The notes under the pieces: generated by a model | Database searches by the model: none | What the model was told of the DNA's origin: nothing | What the model saw: the letters and a program-made list of their open reading frames with translations, nothing else | Position numbers and translations under genes: made by a program | From: Myxococcota bacterium | GTDB taxonomy: Bacteria > Myxococcota_A > Polyangia > Polyangiales > Sandaracinaceae | Assembly: GCA_036149055.1 (NCBI GenBank) | Contig: JAYZQJ010000173.1 | Coordinates: 1-33,177, forward strand | Length of the DNA: 33,177 bases | Direction of reading: 5' to 3' | Shown here: positions 15,446 through 23,741 of the stretch, piece after piece | How positions within the stretch are numbered: the stretch's first letter is position 1 | How the letters are laid out: each line of letters starts with the position of its first letter

Positions 15446-18142
15446 ATGGGCGACCCCTCCGCGAGACCTGCGATCGACCTCGGGCGCCTGGCGCCGGACC
15501 TCCAGAGCACCTGCGGAGACTACTGCGGCTCCTACCGCGACCGCCTCGCGCAGGCCGTCCGTCGCGGCGACGGGGGCGTGGCGGTGGTGGAGATGCACGC
15601 CCGCATCCTCGACGGGCTGCTCGGCGCGCTCTACTGCGCGGCCGACGCGGCGGCCCGGGCCGAGGGGCACGAGCCGAAGGGGCGGGTCGCGCTGGTCGCG
15701 GTCGGCGGCTACGGCCGCGAGAGCGTGGGGCTGTGCTCCGACGTCGACGTCCTCTTCCTCTGCGACGATCCGAGCGACCGCCACGTCGGCGCGCTCGCCG
15801 AGGGCCTGCTCTACCCGCTCTGGGACATCGGCCTCGACATCGGGCACGCGGTGCGCGGCGTCGACGAGACCCTGGAGCTGTCGCGCGAGGACCTCCGCAC
15901 GGCGACGACCCTGCTCGACATGCGGCGGGTCGCCGGCGACAAGACCATCCTGGACGAGCTGGTGGGCCGGGCCCGCCGCGGGCTCTTCAACGAGGGGCTC
16001 GATCGCTTCCTCGCCCAGCTCGCCGACGACGTCGAGGAGCGGCACGGTCGCTTCGGCGGCTCGCTCTTCCTGCTCGAGCCCGAGGTGAAGCTCGGCTGCG
16101 GCGGCCTGCGCGATCTCGACGTGGCCGTGTGGGCCGCGAAGGCCCGCTGGGGCGCCGAGAGCACCGCCGATCTCGTCCGCCACGGGGCGCTGCTCCAGCG
16201 CGAGGTCGAGGAGCTGCAGACGGCCGAGGAGATGCTGTGGCGGGTGCGCAACCTGCTCCACCTCCGCGCCGGGCGACGCCAGGACCGCCTGACCTTCGAG
16301 GATCAGGAGGAGATCGCCACCGAGCTCGGCTTCGTGCACGGCGTGACCCTCGCGGTCGAGCAGTTCATGCAGGCCTACTACCGCCACGCCCGCGTGGTGG
16401 AGCAGACCACCGAGCGCATGCTCGCCCGGGCGCGGCAGACGGTGCGCACCTCGCCCGCCCAGCGCGAGGACCTCGGCGGCGGGCTGATGCTCTTCGATGG
16501 GCACGTGACCCTCGCCGACACCGACGCGCTCGAGTCCGATCCGGTGCTGGCCCTGCGGCTCTACGCGGAGGTCGCCAAGCGCAGCGCGCCGCCGTACCCC
16601 TTCGCCCGCGACGCGATCGCGCGCGCCGCCGCCGAGCCGGCGTGGACCGAGCGCCTGCGCGCGTCGCCGGAGGCGAATCAGCTCTTCCTCGAGGCGCTCA
16701 GCTGCGCGGCCAAGGCGCCGGTGAAGCGGAGCTCGATCCTCGCGGAGCTGCACGAGGTCGGCCTGATGCTCGGCATGGTGCCCGAGTTCGAGCCGGTCAC
16801 CGGCCGCGTGCAGCACGACGTCTATCACGTCTACACCGTGGACGTTCACTCGGTGGCGGCGGTGGATCGACTCCGCGCCATCAAGCGCGGCGACTACGCG
16901 TCGGCGCAGCCGATGGCGTCGCGGCTCGCGGCCGAGCTGCCCCGGCCGGCCCCGCTCTTCCTGGGTCTGCTGCTCCACGACATCGGCAAGGCGCACGGCA
17001 AGGACCACTCGCGCAAGGGCGCGATCATGGCCAAGCCGATCGCCGAGCGCCTGGGCCTGAGCGCGGTCGACGTGGCCCACGTGGTGTGGCTCGTCGAGGA
17101 GCACCTGAGCCTCTATCACTGGGCGACGCGCCGCGACACGTCGGACCCCGAGGTGATCCGCGAGGTCGCCAACCAGGTCGGCAGCGTCGACCGACTGCGC
17201 GATCTCTACCTGCTGACGGTGGCCGATCTCTCGACCACCAACCCGAACGCGATGACCTCCTGGAAGGCGCGCATGCTCGAGGACCTCTACCTCGCGGTGG
17301 TCACCGAGCTCGAGGGCGCGGCCCCTCGCGGCGCCGCCCGCCGCGCGGACGCGATCCGGGAGGAGGTCCGGGTGGGCTTCGTCGGCGACGCCAAGCAGGC
17401 GGAGCTGGAGCGCTTCCTCGAGGAGATGCCCGACCGCTACCTCCTCGCCAACCCGGTCGACGCGATCCGCACCCACGCCCGGATCGCCCGCGACCGCGAC
17501 GGCGCCGACGTGCACCTCTCCATCGAGCCCGGGCCGAGCCCCGACGTCGCCGAGCTCGTCGTGGTCACCGACGACCGCCCCGGGCTCCTCGCCGACGTGG
17601 CCGCGGCGCTCGCGGCCCAGCGCCTCTCCATCGTCGCCGCGCAGGTCTACACGCGCGAGACCCGGGAGGGCGCGCCGTCCGAGGCGTTCGACGTCTTCCA
17701 CGTCCGCCGCGCGAGCCCGGGCGCCGAAGGCGAGCCGATGGACGACGTGAAGCTCGGCCGGGTCCGCACCGATCTGCGCGCGCTCTGGAGCGGCGAGACC
17801 ACCGCGACCGAGCTGCTCGCCCGCAAGCTCCGCACGCCCTCCTGGGCCAAGCGCCACAGCCCCGAGGTGCCGACCGAGGTCCAGGTCGACAACGACGCGT
17901 CGCCCCGCTTCACGGTCATCGACGTGTTCACCCGGGACCGCGCCGCGCTCCTCCACGCCATCGCGCGCACCCTGCACGAGCAGGGCCTGAGCATCGGCAT
18001 CTCGAAGGTGAACACCGAAGGCGAGCGCGCCGCCGACGTCTTCTACGTGGTCGGCGCCGACGGCCAGAAGGTCCAGGACCGCGAGCGGCTCTCGCGGCTG
18101 CCGGCGATCCTCAAGGCCGCCATCGAGGGCACGGAGTCGTGA
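15446..18142 (+). CDS. glnD: [Protein-PII] uridylyltransferase/uridylyl-removing enzyme
   Basis: AVGGYGR..SDVD nucleotidyltransferase motif, EPEVKLGCGGLRD, HD domain (YHVYTVDVH, LLHDIGK), two C-terminal ACT domains (DDRPGLL, DRAALL..AADVFYV). Confidence 0.96.
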   Translation: MGDPSARPAIDLGRLAPDLQSTCGDYCGSYRDRLAQAVRRGDGGVAVVEMHARILDGLLGALYCAADAAARAEGHEPKGRVALVAVGGYGRESVGLCSDVDVLFLCDDPSDRHVGALAEGLLYPLWDIGLDIGHAVRGVDETLELSREDLRTATTLLDMRRVAGDKTILDELVGRARRGLFNEGLDRFLAQLADDVEERHGRFGGSLFLLEPEVKLGCGGLRDLDVAVWAAKARWGAESTADLVRHGALLQREVEELQTAEEMLWRVRNLLHLRAGRRQDRLTFEDQEEIATELGFVHGVTLAVEQFMQAYYRHARVVEQTTERMLARARQTVRTSPAQREDLGGGLMLFDGHVTLADTDALESDPVLALRLYAEVAKRSAPPYPFARDAIARAAAEPAWTERLRASPEANQLFLEALSCAAKAPVKRSSILAELHEVGLMLGMVPEFEPVTGRVQHDVYHVYTVDVHSVAAVDRLRAIKRGDYASAQPMASRLAAELPRPAPLFLGLLLHDIGKAHGKDHSRKGAIMAKPIAERLGLSAVDVAHVVWLVEEHLSLYHWATRRDTSDPEVIREVANQVGSVDRLRDLYLLTVADLSTTNPNAMTSWKARMLEDLYLAVVTELEGAAPRGAARRADAIREEVRVGFVGDAKQAELERFLEEMPDRYLLANPVDAIRTHARIARDRDGADVHLSIEPGPSPDVAELVVVTDDRPGLLADVAAALAAQRLSIVAAQVYTRETREGAPSEAFDVFHVRRASPGAEGEPMDDVKLGRVRTDLRALWSGETTATELLARKLRTPSWAKRHSPEVPTEVQVDNDASPRFTVIDVFTRDRAALLHAIARTLHEQGLSIGISKVNTEGERAADVFYVVGADGQKVQDRERLSRLPAILKAAIEGTES

Positions 18143-19152
18143 GGCCTCGCTGGCCTCTCCTCCTGGGCTGCCTGCTCGTGCTGGGCTGCGGGCCCACCCG
18201 GAGCGCTCGCCCGGCCGACTCGGCGGGCGGCGACGTGGTGATGTTCGAGGACGAGCGCGAAGCCGCCGCCGCGCCCGAGGCGTCCCCCGAGGTCAGCCGC
18301 GGCGAGTCCCTGCTCGCCGCCGGAGACGCGGCCGGCGCCGAGGCCGCCTTTCGCGCGGCCCTCGAGGCGGATCCCGACGACGCGCGCGCCCACCTCGACC
18401 TCGGCCTCGCCCTCGAGATGCAGGAGCGCCTGCCCGAAGCCGAGCAGGCCTACCGGGCCGCGGTCACGGCGGATCCCACCTTCGCCGAGGCGCTCAACAA
18501 CCTCGGGGTGCTGCTCCGCGACACCGAGCGCACCGACGAGGCGGTCCGGACCCTGCGGGAGGCCGTCCGCGTTCGCCCGGGCTTCGCCTCCGCGCAGCTG
18601 AACCTGGCCCTCGCCCTCGAGGAGCAGGGGGACGTCGAGGCGGCGATGGCGAGCTACCGGCGGGTCATCGAGCTCGCGCCGCGCGAGCCCACCGCGCGGG
18701 TGCAGCTCGGCCTCCTCCAGCTCGCGACCGGCGACCGCGATCAGGCCCTCATCACGCTGCGGCGCGCGGTCCAGCCGGCCGCCGGCGATCGGGCGACCCT
18801 CTCGGCGCTCGGGAGCGGTCTGCGGCGCGCCGGCGACGCCTCGATGGCGGTGCGGGTGCTGCGGGAGTCGATCGAGGCCGAGGAGAGCCCCGCGCCGGCC
18901 GCGGTCCGCGCCGAGCTCGCCCTCGCGCTCTTCGCCGCCGACCACCGCCCCGAGGCCGAGGCCGAGCTCGAGGCGCTCCTGCGCGACGAGAGCGGCTACG
19001 CGACCGCGCACTATCTGCTCGCGAACATGCTGGCGGCCCGCGCGGCCTGGCGCGACGCCGGCCGGCACTACCAGGCCTACCTCCGCGCCGCCCCCGAGGG
19101 CGAGCACGCCGAGCAGGCCCGCGGCCGCCTCGCCTTCGTCCGCCGCCAGTAG
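18139..19152 (+). CDS. Tetratricopeptide-repeat lipoprotein
   Basis: The GTG overlaps the glnD TGA; signal peptide with lipobox VLGC; repeated TPR units (AHLDLGLAL, ALNNLGVLL, AQLNLALAL). This is the 3' end of the 12508..19152 track ORF. Confidence 0.88.
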   Translation: MRPRWPLLLGCLLVLGCGPTRSARPADSAGGDVVMFEDEREAAAAPEASPEVSRGESLLAAGDAAGAEAAFRAALEADPDDARAHLDLGLALEMQERLPEAEQAYRAAVTADPTFAEALNNLGVLLRDTERTDEAVRTLREAVRVRPGFASAQLNLALALEEQGDVEAAMASYRRVIELAPREPTARVQLGLLQLATGDRDQALITLRRAVQPAAGDRATLSALGSGLRRAGDASMAVRVLRESIEAEESPAPAAVRAELALALFAADHRPEAEAELEALLRDESGYATAHYLLANMLAARAAWRDAGRHYQAYLRAAPEGEHAEQARGRLAFVRRQ

Positions 19153-19154
19153 GG

Positions 19155-19796
19155 TCAGAAGCGACCGGCGCAGGCGACGCCGAGCAGGCCGGGGGCGCAC
19201 CCCGCGCGCGGGGCCTCGGGCTCGTCGCCTTCGCCGAGCGCGACCACGAGCCAGGCGACGCCGAGGCCGAGGGCGACCGCGCCGAGCGCCAGGGTGACGC
19301 CGAGGCCGACGTCCCGCTGCTCCGCGATCTCCGGGCGGTTGACGCAGCCGAACTCGAGCGGCTCGCTCGCCTCGAGCGCGTCGCAGCCGTCCAGCTGATC
19401 CTGGGCGGTGACCAGCACGATGACGCCGGCGAGGGCGCCGACGGTGGCGACCAGGGTGGAGACGCCGAGGGCCGAGGAGAGAGCAGAGCCCTGCCCGATG
19501 CCGAAGAGGCGCTCGTCGTGGGTCAGCTCTTCTTCGGGTTCCGCCTCCGAGTCCGCTGCCGAGTCCGAGCCCGCTGCCGAGTCCGAGTCCGAGTCCGGGT
19601 CCGGGTCCGAGTCCGGGTCCGAGTCCGGTTCCGGGTCCGGGGCGGTGTCCGTCTCCGTCTCCGTCTCCGTCTCCGTCTCCGCGGCTGGCGCGGTGGGCGA
19701 TTCGCTCGGTGGGGTGGACGGTTCGGCGTCGGACTGGGCCGCCGCTCCGGCGGGGGCGAGGAGGAGCAGCGCGGTGAAGAGGAGGGCGGGGCGCAT
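19155..19796 (-). CDS. Hypothetical membrane protein (signal peptide, acidic linker, two TM helices)
   Basis: MRPALLFTALLLLAPAGAAAQ signal; the ATG overlaps the upstream TGA (TGATG); C-terminal GVACAGRF. Confidence 0.7.
   Translation of the reverse strand: MRPALLFTALLLLAPAGAAAQSDAEPSTPPSESPTAPAAETETETETETDTAPDPEPDSDPDSDPDPDSDSDSAAGSDSAADSEAEPEEELTHDERLFGIGQGSALSSALGVSTLVATVGALAGVIVLVTAQDQLDGCDALEASEPLEFGCVNRPEIAEQRDVGLGVTLALGAVALGLGVAWLVVALGEGDEPEAPRAGCAPGLLGVACAGRF
19546..19680. repeat. Hexamer microsatellite-like tract (GAGTCC/GGGTCC/GTCTCC) coding ET/DS/DP repeats
   Basis: Runs of gagtcc, gggtcc and gtctcc are directly visible. Confidence 0.85.
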
Positions 19797-20110
19797 CAGG
19801 GGCCTCCGTCGGGGGGCGAGCACTCGTCGACCGGCTCGCAGAGGCCGGGCGGGAGCGGGTCGAAGCGAGTCTTGGCGCAGCCGAGGCCGCCCCAGGGGAG
19901 GCGGTGATCCTCGGGCAGCTCGGCCGGGCAGCGGGTCATCGAGGCCTGGCGGCGGTCGTAGAGGCACCACGGCTCGCCCTCGACCCGGGCGAAGCGACCG
20001 TCCTCGCAGTGCACGACCTCGGGCGTCGCGCATCCGAAAACGACCATCGACGGGGAGGCGAGGGCGAAAACGACCACTCCGAGCCGGCCGAGCAGGGGTG
20101 AGAGACGCAC
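19796..20110 (-). CDS. Small Cys-rich putative lipoprotein
   Basis: A GTG start gives a hydrophobic leader ending VVFGC, followed by 6 more Cys; translationally coupled to the 19155..19796 gene. Start uncertain. Confidence 0.6.
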   Translation of the reverse strand: MRLSPLLGRLGVVVFALASPSMVVFGCATPEVVHCEDGRFARVEGEPWCLYDRRQASMTRCPAELPEDHRLPWGGLGCAKTRFDPLPPGLCEPVDECSPPDGGP

Positions 20111-20166
20111 GCCCGGAGCGTGACATCCGGCCGATTCGCGGTCCAGCGACGGAAATCGACCCGTCC

Positions 20167-20292
20167 AAAACGTCCTTTGACGTTTTCTCACACTGACCCA
20201 ACGGCGCGCAATCGTTGGCCAAAGCGGGCCTTCGAGGGTTGGTTTCGGTCGTTTTGATGGCTTGGGGACTTGGCAAACCGTCCAAAGCGGGC
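20167..20292. promoter_or_regulatory. Candidate operator array upstream of the sigma factor
   Basis: Perfect inverted repeat AAAACGTC-N4-GACGTTTT (20167-20186), CCAACG-N9-CGTTGG (20198-20218), and direct repeat CCAAAGCGGGC at 20219 and 20282. Confidence 0.55.
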
Positions 20293-20344
20293 ACATGATA
20301 CTCGTAAGTCGACCAAGCAGACCGCTCGGGGAGCAGAGAGAACC

Positions 20345-21160
20345 ATGACCACCAAGACCGACCAGCTTTCGTCCGTAGGCCACTACATCCGTTCGCTCGG
20401 CGAGCGCCCGCCGCTCGAGCCCGAGGAGGAGCGAGAGCTCGCGCGCCGGTGGATCGAAGGCGACGAGCTCGCGGGGAGCCGCCTCATCGAGGCCAGCCTG
20501 CCGTTCGTCATTCGGGTGGCCAAGGGCTACCGCCGCTGGGGCATCCCGCTCGAGGACCTCATCCAGCAGGGCAACCTCGGCCTCCTCAAGGCGGCCAAGA
20601 AGTTCGACCCGAGCAAGGACTGCCGGCTCATCACCTACGCGAGCTACTGGATCCGGGCAGAGATCCGCGACTACGTCGTCCGCTCCTACCGGATCGTGCG
20701 CCTCGGGGCGACCGCCACCGAGCGCCGCGCCATCCGCGCCTACCGCCGCACCGGCGTCGAGGGCCCGGAGCAGCTCGCCGAGGTGAGCGGCATGCCGCTC
20801 AAGCGCGCCAAGAAGCTCTGGCCGCTGCTGACCGCGGGTGAGGTCGCGCTCGACGCGAGCCGGCCCGACGGCACCCCGGCGGTGGAGCGCCTGAGCGGTG
20901 ACGACTCCACGCCCGAAGACGACGTCGCGCGCGAGACCCGCATCAACCGCGTGCGCGCGATGCTGCCCGAGGTGCTGGCGTCGCTGACCGAGCGCGAGCG
21001 CCGGATCGTGCAGGCCCGCATGCTCTCCGAGGACCCGTGCACCCTGCGCGAGCTCGGCAAGGAGCTGGGCGTCTGCCGTGAGCGCGTCCGCCAGCTCGAG
21101 GTCCAGGCCCGCGAGAAGCTGCGCGTCGCGTTCGCGGACTACGCCCCGGCCGCGGCCTGA
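20345..21160 (+). CDS. RNA polymerase sigma factor, sigma70 family, RpoH/sigma32-like
   Basis: Region 2 EDLIQQGNLGLLKAAKKFDP..RLITYASYWIRAEI; region 4 TLRELGKELGVCRERVRQLE; purine-rich RBS before the ATG at 20345. Confidence 0.9.
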   Translation: MTTKTDQLSSVGHYIRSLGERPPLEPEEERELARRWIEGDELAGSRLIEASLPFVIRVAKGYRRWGIPLEDLIQQGNLGLLKAAKKFDPSKDCRLITYASYWIRAEIRDYVVRSYRIVRLGATATERRAIRAYRRTGVEGPEQLAEVSGMPLKRAKKLWPLLTAGEVALDASRPDGTPAVERLSGDDSTPEDDVARETRINRVRAMLPEVLASLTERERRIVQARMLSEDPCTLRELGKELGVCRERVRQLEVQAREKLRVAFADYAPAAA

Positions 21161-21780
21161 TCGTCCGGGTCGCCGTCCGGGGCGCCGCGGAACCCGAGCC
21201 CGCAGATGAAGATCTCGTAGCTCTCGTTCCGCGTCGCCTTCGGCTTGACGACCTTCACCTTCTCGAAGCGCTGCGCGACCGCGGCGCGCGCTTCCTCGAA
21301 GTCTCCGCCCTGGAAGATCTTGGCCACGAACGATCCTCCGGGCGCGAGCACACCGACCGCGACCTCGAGCGCCTGCATGAACAGCTCGTGGCTCCGCGCC
21401 TGGTCGGTGAAGCGGTGACCCGTCGTCGACGGCGCCATGTCGCTCATCACGACGTCCCAGCTCGCCGCGCCGCCGAAGTCCTCGGCGCTCATCTCGAGCA
21501 GATCGCCCTGGATGATCTCCGCGTTCTCCGGGAGCGCGCCCCGGAACGGCTGCAGGTCCACCCCGAGGACCTTGCCCTCGCGCTGGACCTTCTCCGCCGC
21601 GTAGCTCGTCCAGGATCCCGGGAACGCGCCGAGGTCGAGCACCCGCGCGCCGCGGCGGAGGATGCCCGCCTTCGCGTCGATCTCCTCGAGCTTGTAAACG
21701 CTTCGGGCGGCGTAGCCCTCGCGTTTGGCCCGCCGCCCGTAGGAGTCCTGGTGGCGGCGGTTCCTGCGGGAACGCGCCAC
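21139..21780 (-). CDS. rlmE: 23S rRNA Um2552 2'-O-methyltransferase RlmE (FtsJ/RrmJ)
   Basis: AKREGYAARSVYKL, SAM motif LDLGAFPGSW, SDMAP, FVAKIF, SYEIF (K-D-K-E tetrad); GTG start 7 nt after the rplC stop. Confidence 0.93.
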   Translation of the reverse strand: MARSRRNRRHQDSYGRRAKREGYAARSVYKLEEIDAKAGILRRGARVLDLGAFPGSWTSYAAEKVQREGKVLGVDLQPFRGALPENAEIIQGDLLEMSAEDFGGAASWDVVMSDMAPSTTGHRFTDQARSHELFMQALEVAVGVLAPGGSFVAKIFQGGDFEEARAAVAQRFEKVKVVKPKATRNESYEIFICGLGFRGAPDGDPDDQAAAGA

Positions 21781-21787
21781 TGCGATC

Positions 21788-22465
21788 TCAGGCCTGCGCG
21801 GCCTTCTTGCCGCCGCGCTTCTTGACCGCGCCACGCACGGTCACGTAGCCGTTGCGCGGGCCGGGCACGCCGCCCTCGACGAGGAGCAGGCCCTCGTCGT
21901 CCATCACGCGGGCGATCGGGAGGTTCAGGATGGTGACCCGCTCGTCGCCGTACTGGCCGGGCATCTTCACGCCCGGGAGGACGCGGCCGGGGGTCATGTT
22001 GGCGCCGATCGAGCCGCCGTGGCGCTTGTACTCGTGGGTGCCGTGACCGACGGTGCCGGCGCCGGCGAAGTTCCAGCGCTTCATGACGCCGGTGAAGCCG
22101 CGGCCCTTGGTGCGGCCGGAGACGTCGACCAGCTGGCCCTCGGAGAAGAGCTCGCTGGGCTTGAGCGCCTGGCCGATCTCGAAGCCCGCCACGTCCTCCT
22201 CGGAGAGGCGGAACTCGCGGACGACCTTCTTGGGCGCCACGCCCGACTTCTCGAAGAAGCCCTTCTCGGGCTTGTTGACGAGCTTCTCGCGCTTGTCCTC
22301 GAAGCCGAGGATGAGGGCCGAGTAGCCGTCCTTCTCGAGGGTGCGCTTTCCGAGCACGGTGCAGCCGCCGACCTTGAGCACCGTCACGCGGACGACGTCG
22401 CCGTCTTCGTTGAAGAGCTGAGTGTTTCCGAGCTTCTTGCCGATGAGGCCGGGATGCGTGTTCAT
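21788..22465 (-). CDS. rplC: 50S ribosomal protein L3
   Basis: GLIGKKLGNTQLF, DGYSALILG, VDVSGRTKGRGFTGVMKRWNF, HGGSIG..TPGRVLPGVKMPGQYG, LLLVEGGVPG. Confidence 0.97.
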   Translation of the reverse strand: MNTHPGLIGKKLGNTQLFNEDGDVVRVTVLKVGGCTVLGKRTLEKDGYSALILGFEDKREKLVNKPEKGFFEKSGVAPKKVVREFRLSEEDVAGFEIGQALKPSELFSEGQLVDVSGRTKGRGFTGVMKRWNFAGAGTVGHGTHEYKRHGGSIGANMTPGRVLPGVKMPGQYGDERVTILNLPIARVMDDEGLLLVEGGVPGPRNGYVTVRGAVKKRGGKKAAQA

Positions 22466-22501
22466 GGGGGTACCTGTGCTCACTGCCGAGAAAGACGCCG
22501 A

Positions 22502-22529
22502 AGGATAGAGACGCAGCCTCCTGCGTCAA
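22502..22529 (-). promoter_or_regulatory. Putative sigma70 promoter of rplC (TTGACG-N16-TATCCT) overlapped by the inverted repeat GACGCAG-N4-CTGCGTC
   Basis: -35 at 22529-22524, -10 at 22507-22502; palindrome at 22510-22527. Confidence 0.55.
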
Positions 22530-22696
22530 GGACCCGCCCCGGCGGCAGCCGAGCACGGGTCGCGCGCGACGTCGGCGATTGCGCCGGTCGCAGCGGGACG
22601 CGCACCATGACGCGACCGCCCCCCAGGCGCAAGCGGCAAACGCAACCCTGGGGTCGGCCCGTTGCGACCGGTGCCACCGTGGACCTAGCGAGGGGC

Positions 22697-23431
22697 ATGG
22701 AAGCGAAACGAATCCTGGTCTTCGGCGCCACCGGCGGCATCGGCGGCGCGCTCTCCCGGCGGCTGCGAGCCCGGGGCGACCGGCTGGCGCTCTCCGCCCG
22801 CGGCGCCGAGCGGGGCGAGGCCCTGGCCTCCGAGCTCGACGCGCCCTTCTTCGAGGCCGACGTCACCGCGGCCGGCGAGGTCGAGAGGGTGGCGAAGGAG
22901 GCCCACGAGGCCCTCGGCGGGCTCGACGGAGTGGCGCTCTGCGTCGGCTCCATCCTGCTCAAGCCGGCCCACCTCGTGCGCGACGCCGAGTGGGACGAGA
23001 CCCTCGCGCTGAACCTCACCGCGGCGTTCCGGGTGGTGCGGGCGGCCGGCAAGCGGATGGCGAAGGAGGGCGGCTCGGTGGTGCTCTTCTCGACCACCGC
23101 CGCCCAGGTCGGGCTGCCGAACCACGAGGCGATCGCGGCCGCGAAGGCGGGCATCGACGGGCTCGTCCGCTCGGCCGCCGCCACCTACGCGTCGCGCGGG
23201 CTCCGGTTCAACGCGGTGGCCCCCGGCCTGGTGAAGACGCCGCTGGCCGAGCACCTGACCTCCCGGGACGAGGCGCGGAAGGCGTCGATCGCCATGCACC
23301 CGCTGGGGCGGCTCGGCGAGCCGGAGGAGGTGGCCGCGGTCGCCGCCTGGCTCCTCTCGGAGGAGGCGAGCTGGGTCACCGGGCAGACGATCGCGATCGA
23401 CGGCGGGATCAGCCGGGTCCGGCCGCGCTGA
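22697..23431 (+). CDS. Short-chain dehydrogenase/reductase (SDR)
   Basis: ILVFGATGGIG Rossmann motif, ADVT, LNL, NAVAPGLVKT, WVTGQTIAIDGG; RBS GAGGGG before the ATG at 22697. Confidence 0.92.
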   Translation: MEAKRILVFGATGGIGGALSRRLRARGDRLALSARGAERGEALASELDAPFFEADVTAAGEVERVAKEAHEALGGLDGVALCVGSILLKPAHLVRDAEWDETLALNLTAAFRVVRAAGKRMAKEGGSVVLFSTTAAQVGLPNHEAIAAAKAGIDGLVRSAAATYASRGLRFNAVAPGLVKTPLAEHLTSRDEARKASIAMHPLGRLGEPEEVAAVAAWLLSEEASWVTGQTIAIDGGISRVRPR

Positions 23432-23741
23432 TCGCCACCACCCGGCGCGCGACGTCGCGGGCGCGGCCACCCGCCGAGACCTGCAGCTGGACCCGGAGCC
23501 GCTGCCCGGGGCGCAGATCGCGCGCGGCGCCGGGCCGACCGGCGACCACGAAGAGCGTGAGATCGTCGAAGCGGATCCGGCGCTCCCCACCAGCCACGGT
23601 CAGAGAGAGGGTGCGAGCGCGGGTGTCGAGCGCCGCGAGCGTCCCGACGAGCTCCGCCGGCTGCGCCTCCGCCCGCATCGCGATCGCGCCCGGCGCGCAC
23701 GCCGCCGCCGCGAGGAGGGCGAGCCAGCGCCTACGCCTCAT
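23409..23741 (-). CDS. Small secreted hypothetical protein (possible OB-fold-like beta domain)
   Basis: Arg-rich signal-peptide-like N-terminus; GTLAALD..TLSL..DLRPGQRLRV pattern; overlaps the HEAT gene stop. Confidence 0.55.
   Translation of the reverse strand: MRRRRWLALLAAAACAPGAIAMRAEAQPAELVGTLAALDTRARTLSLTVAGGERRIRFDDLTLFVVAGRPGAARDLRPGQRLRVQLQVSAGGRARDVARRVVAISAAGPG

Noticed and set aside
88..17977. Long antisense ORFs (e.g. 88..1602, 3280..5934, 7036..9945, 13622..17977)
   Set aside because: They mirror well-supported genes on the opposite strand, as expected from stop-codon scarcity at very high GC, and have no recognisable motifs.
12508..19152. 2214-aa plus-strand ORF
   Set aside because: It is Arg/Gly/Pro-rich off-frame translation across the PEGA, chaperone, amidase and glnD genes. 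Only the last 337 aa (TPR lipoprotein from GTG 18139) is real.
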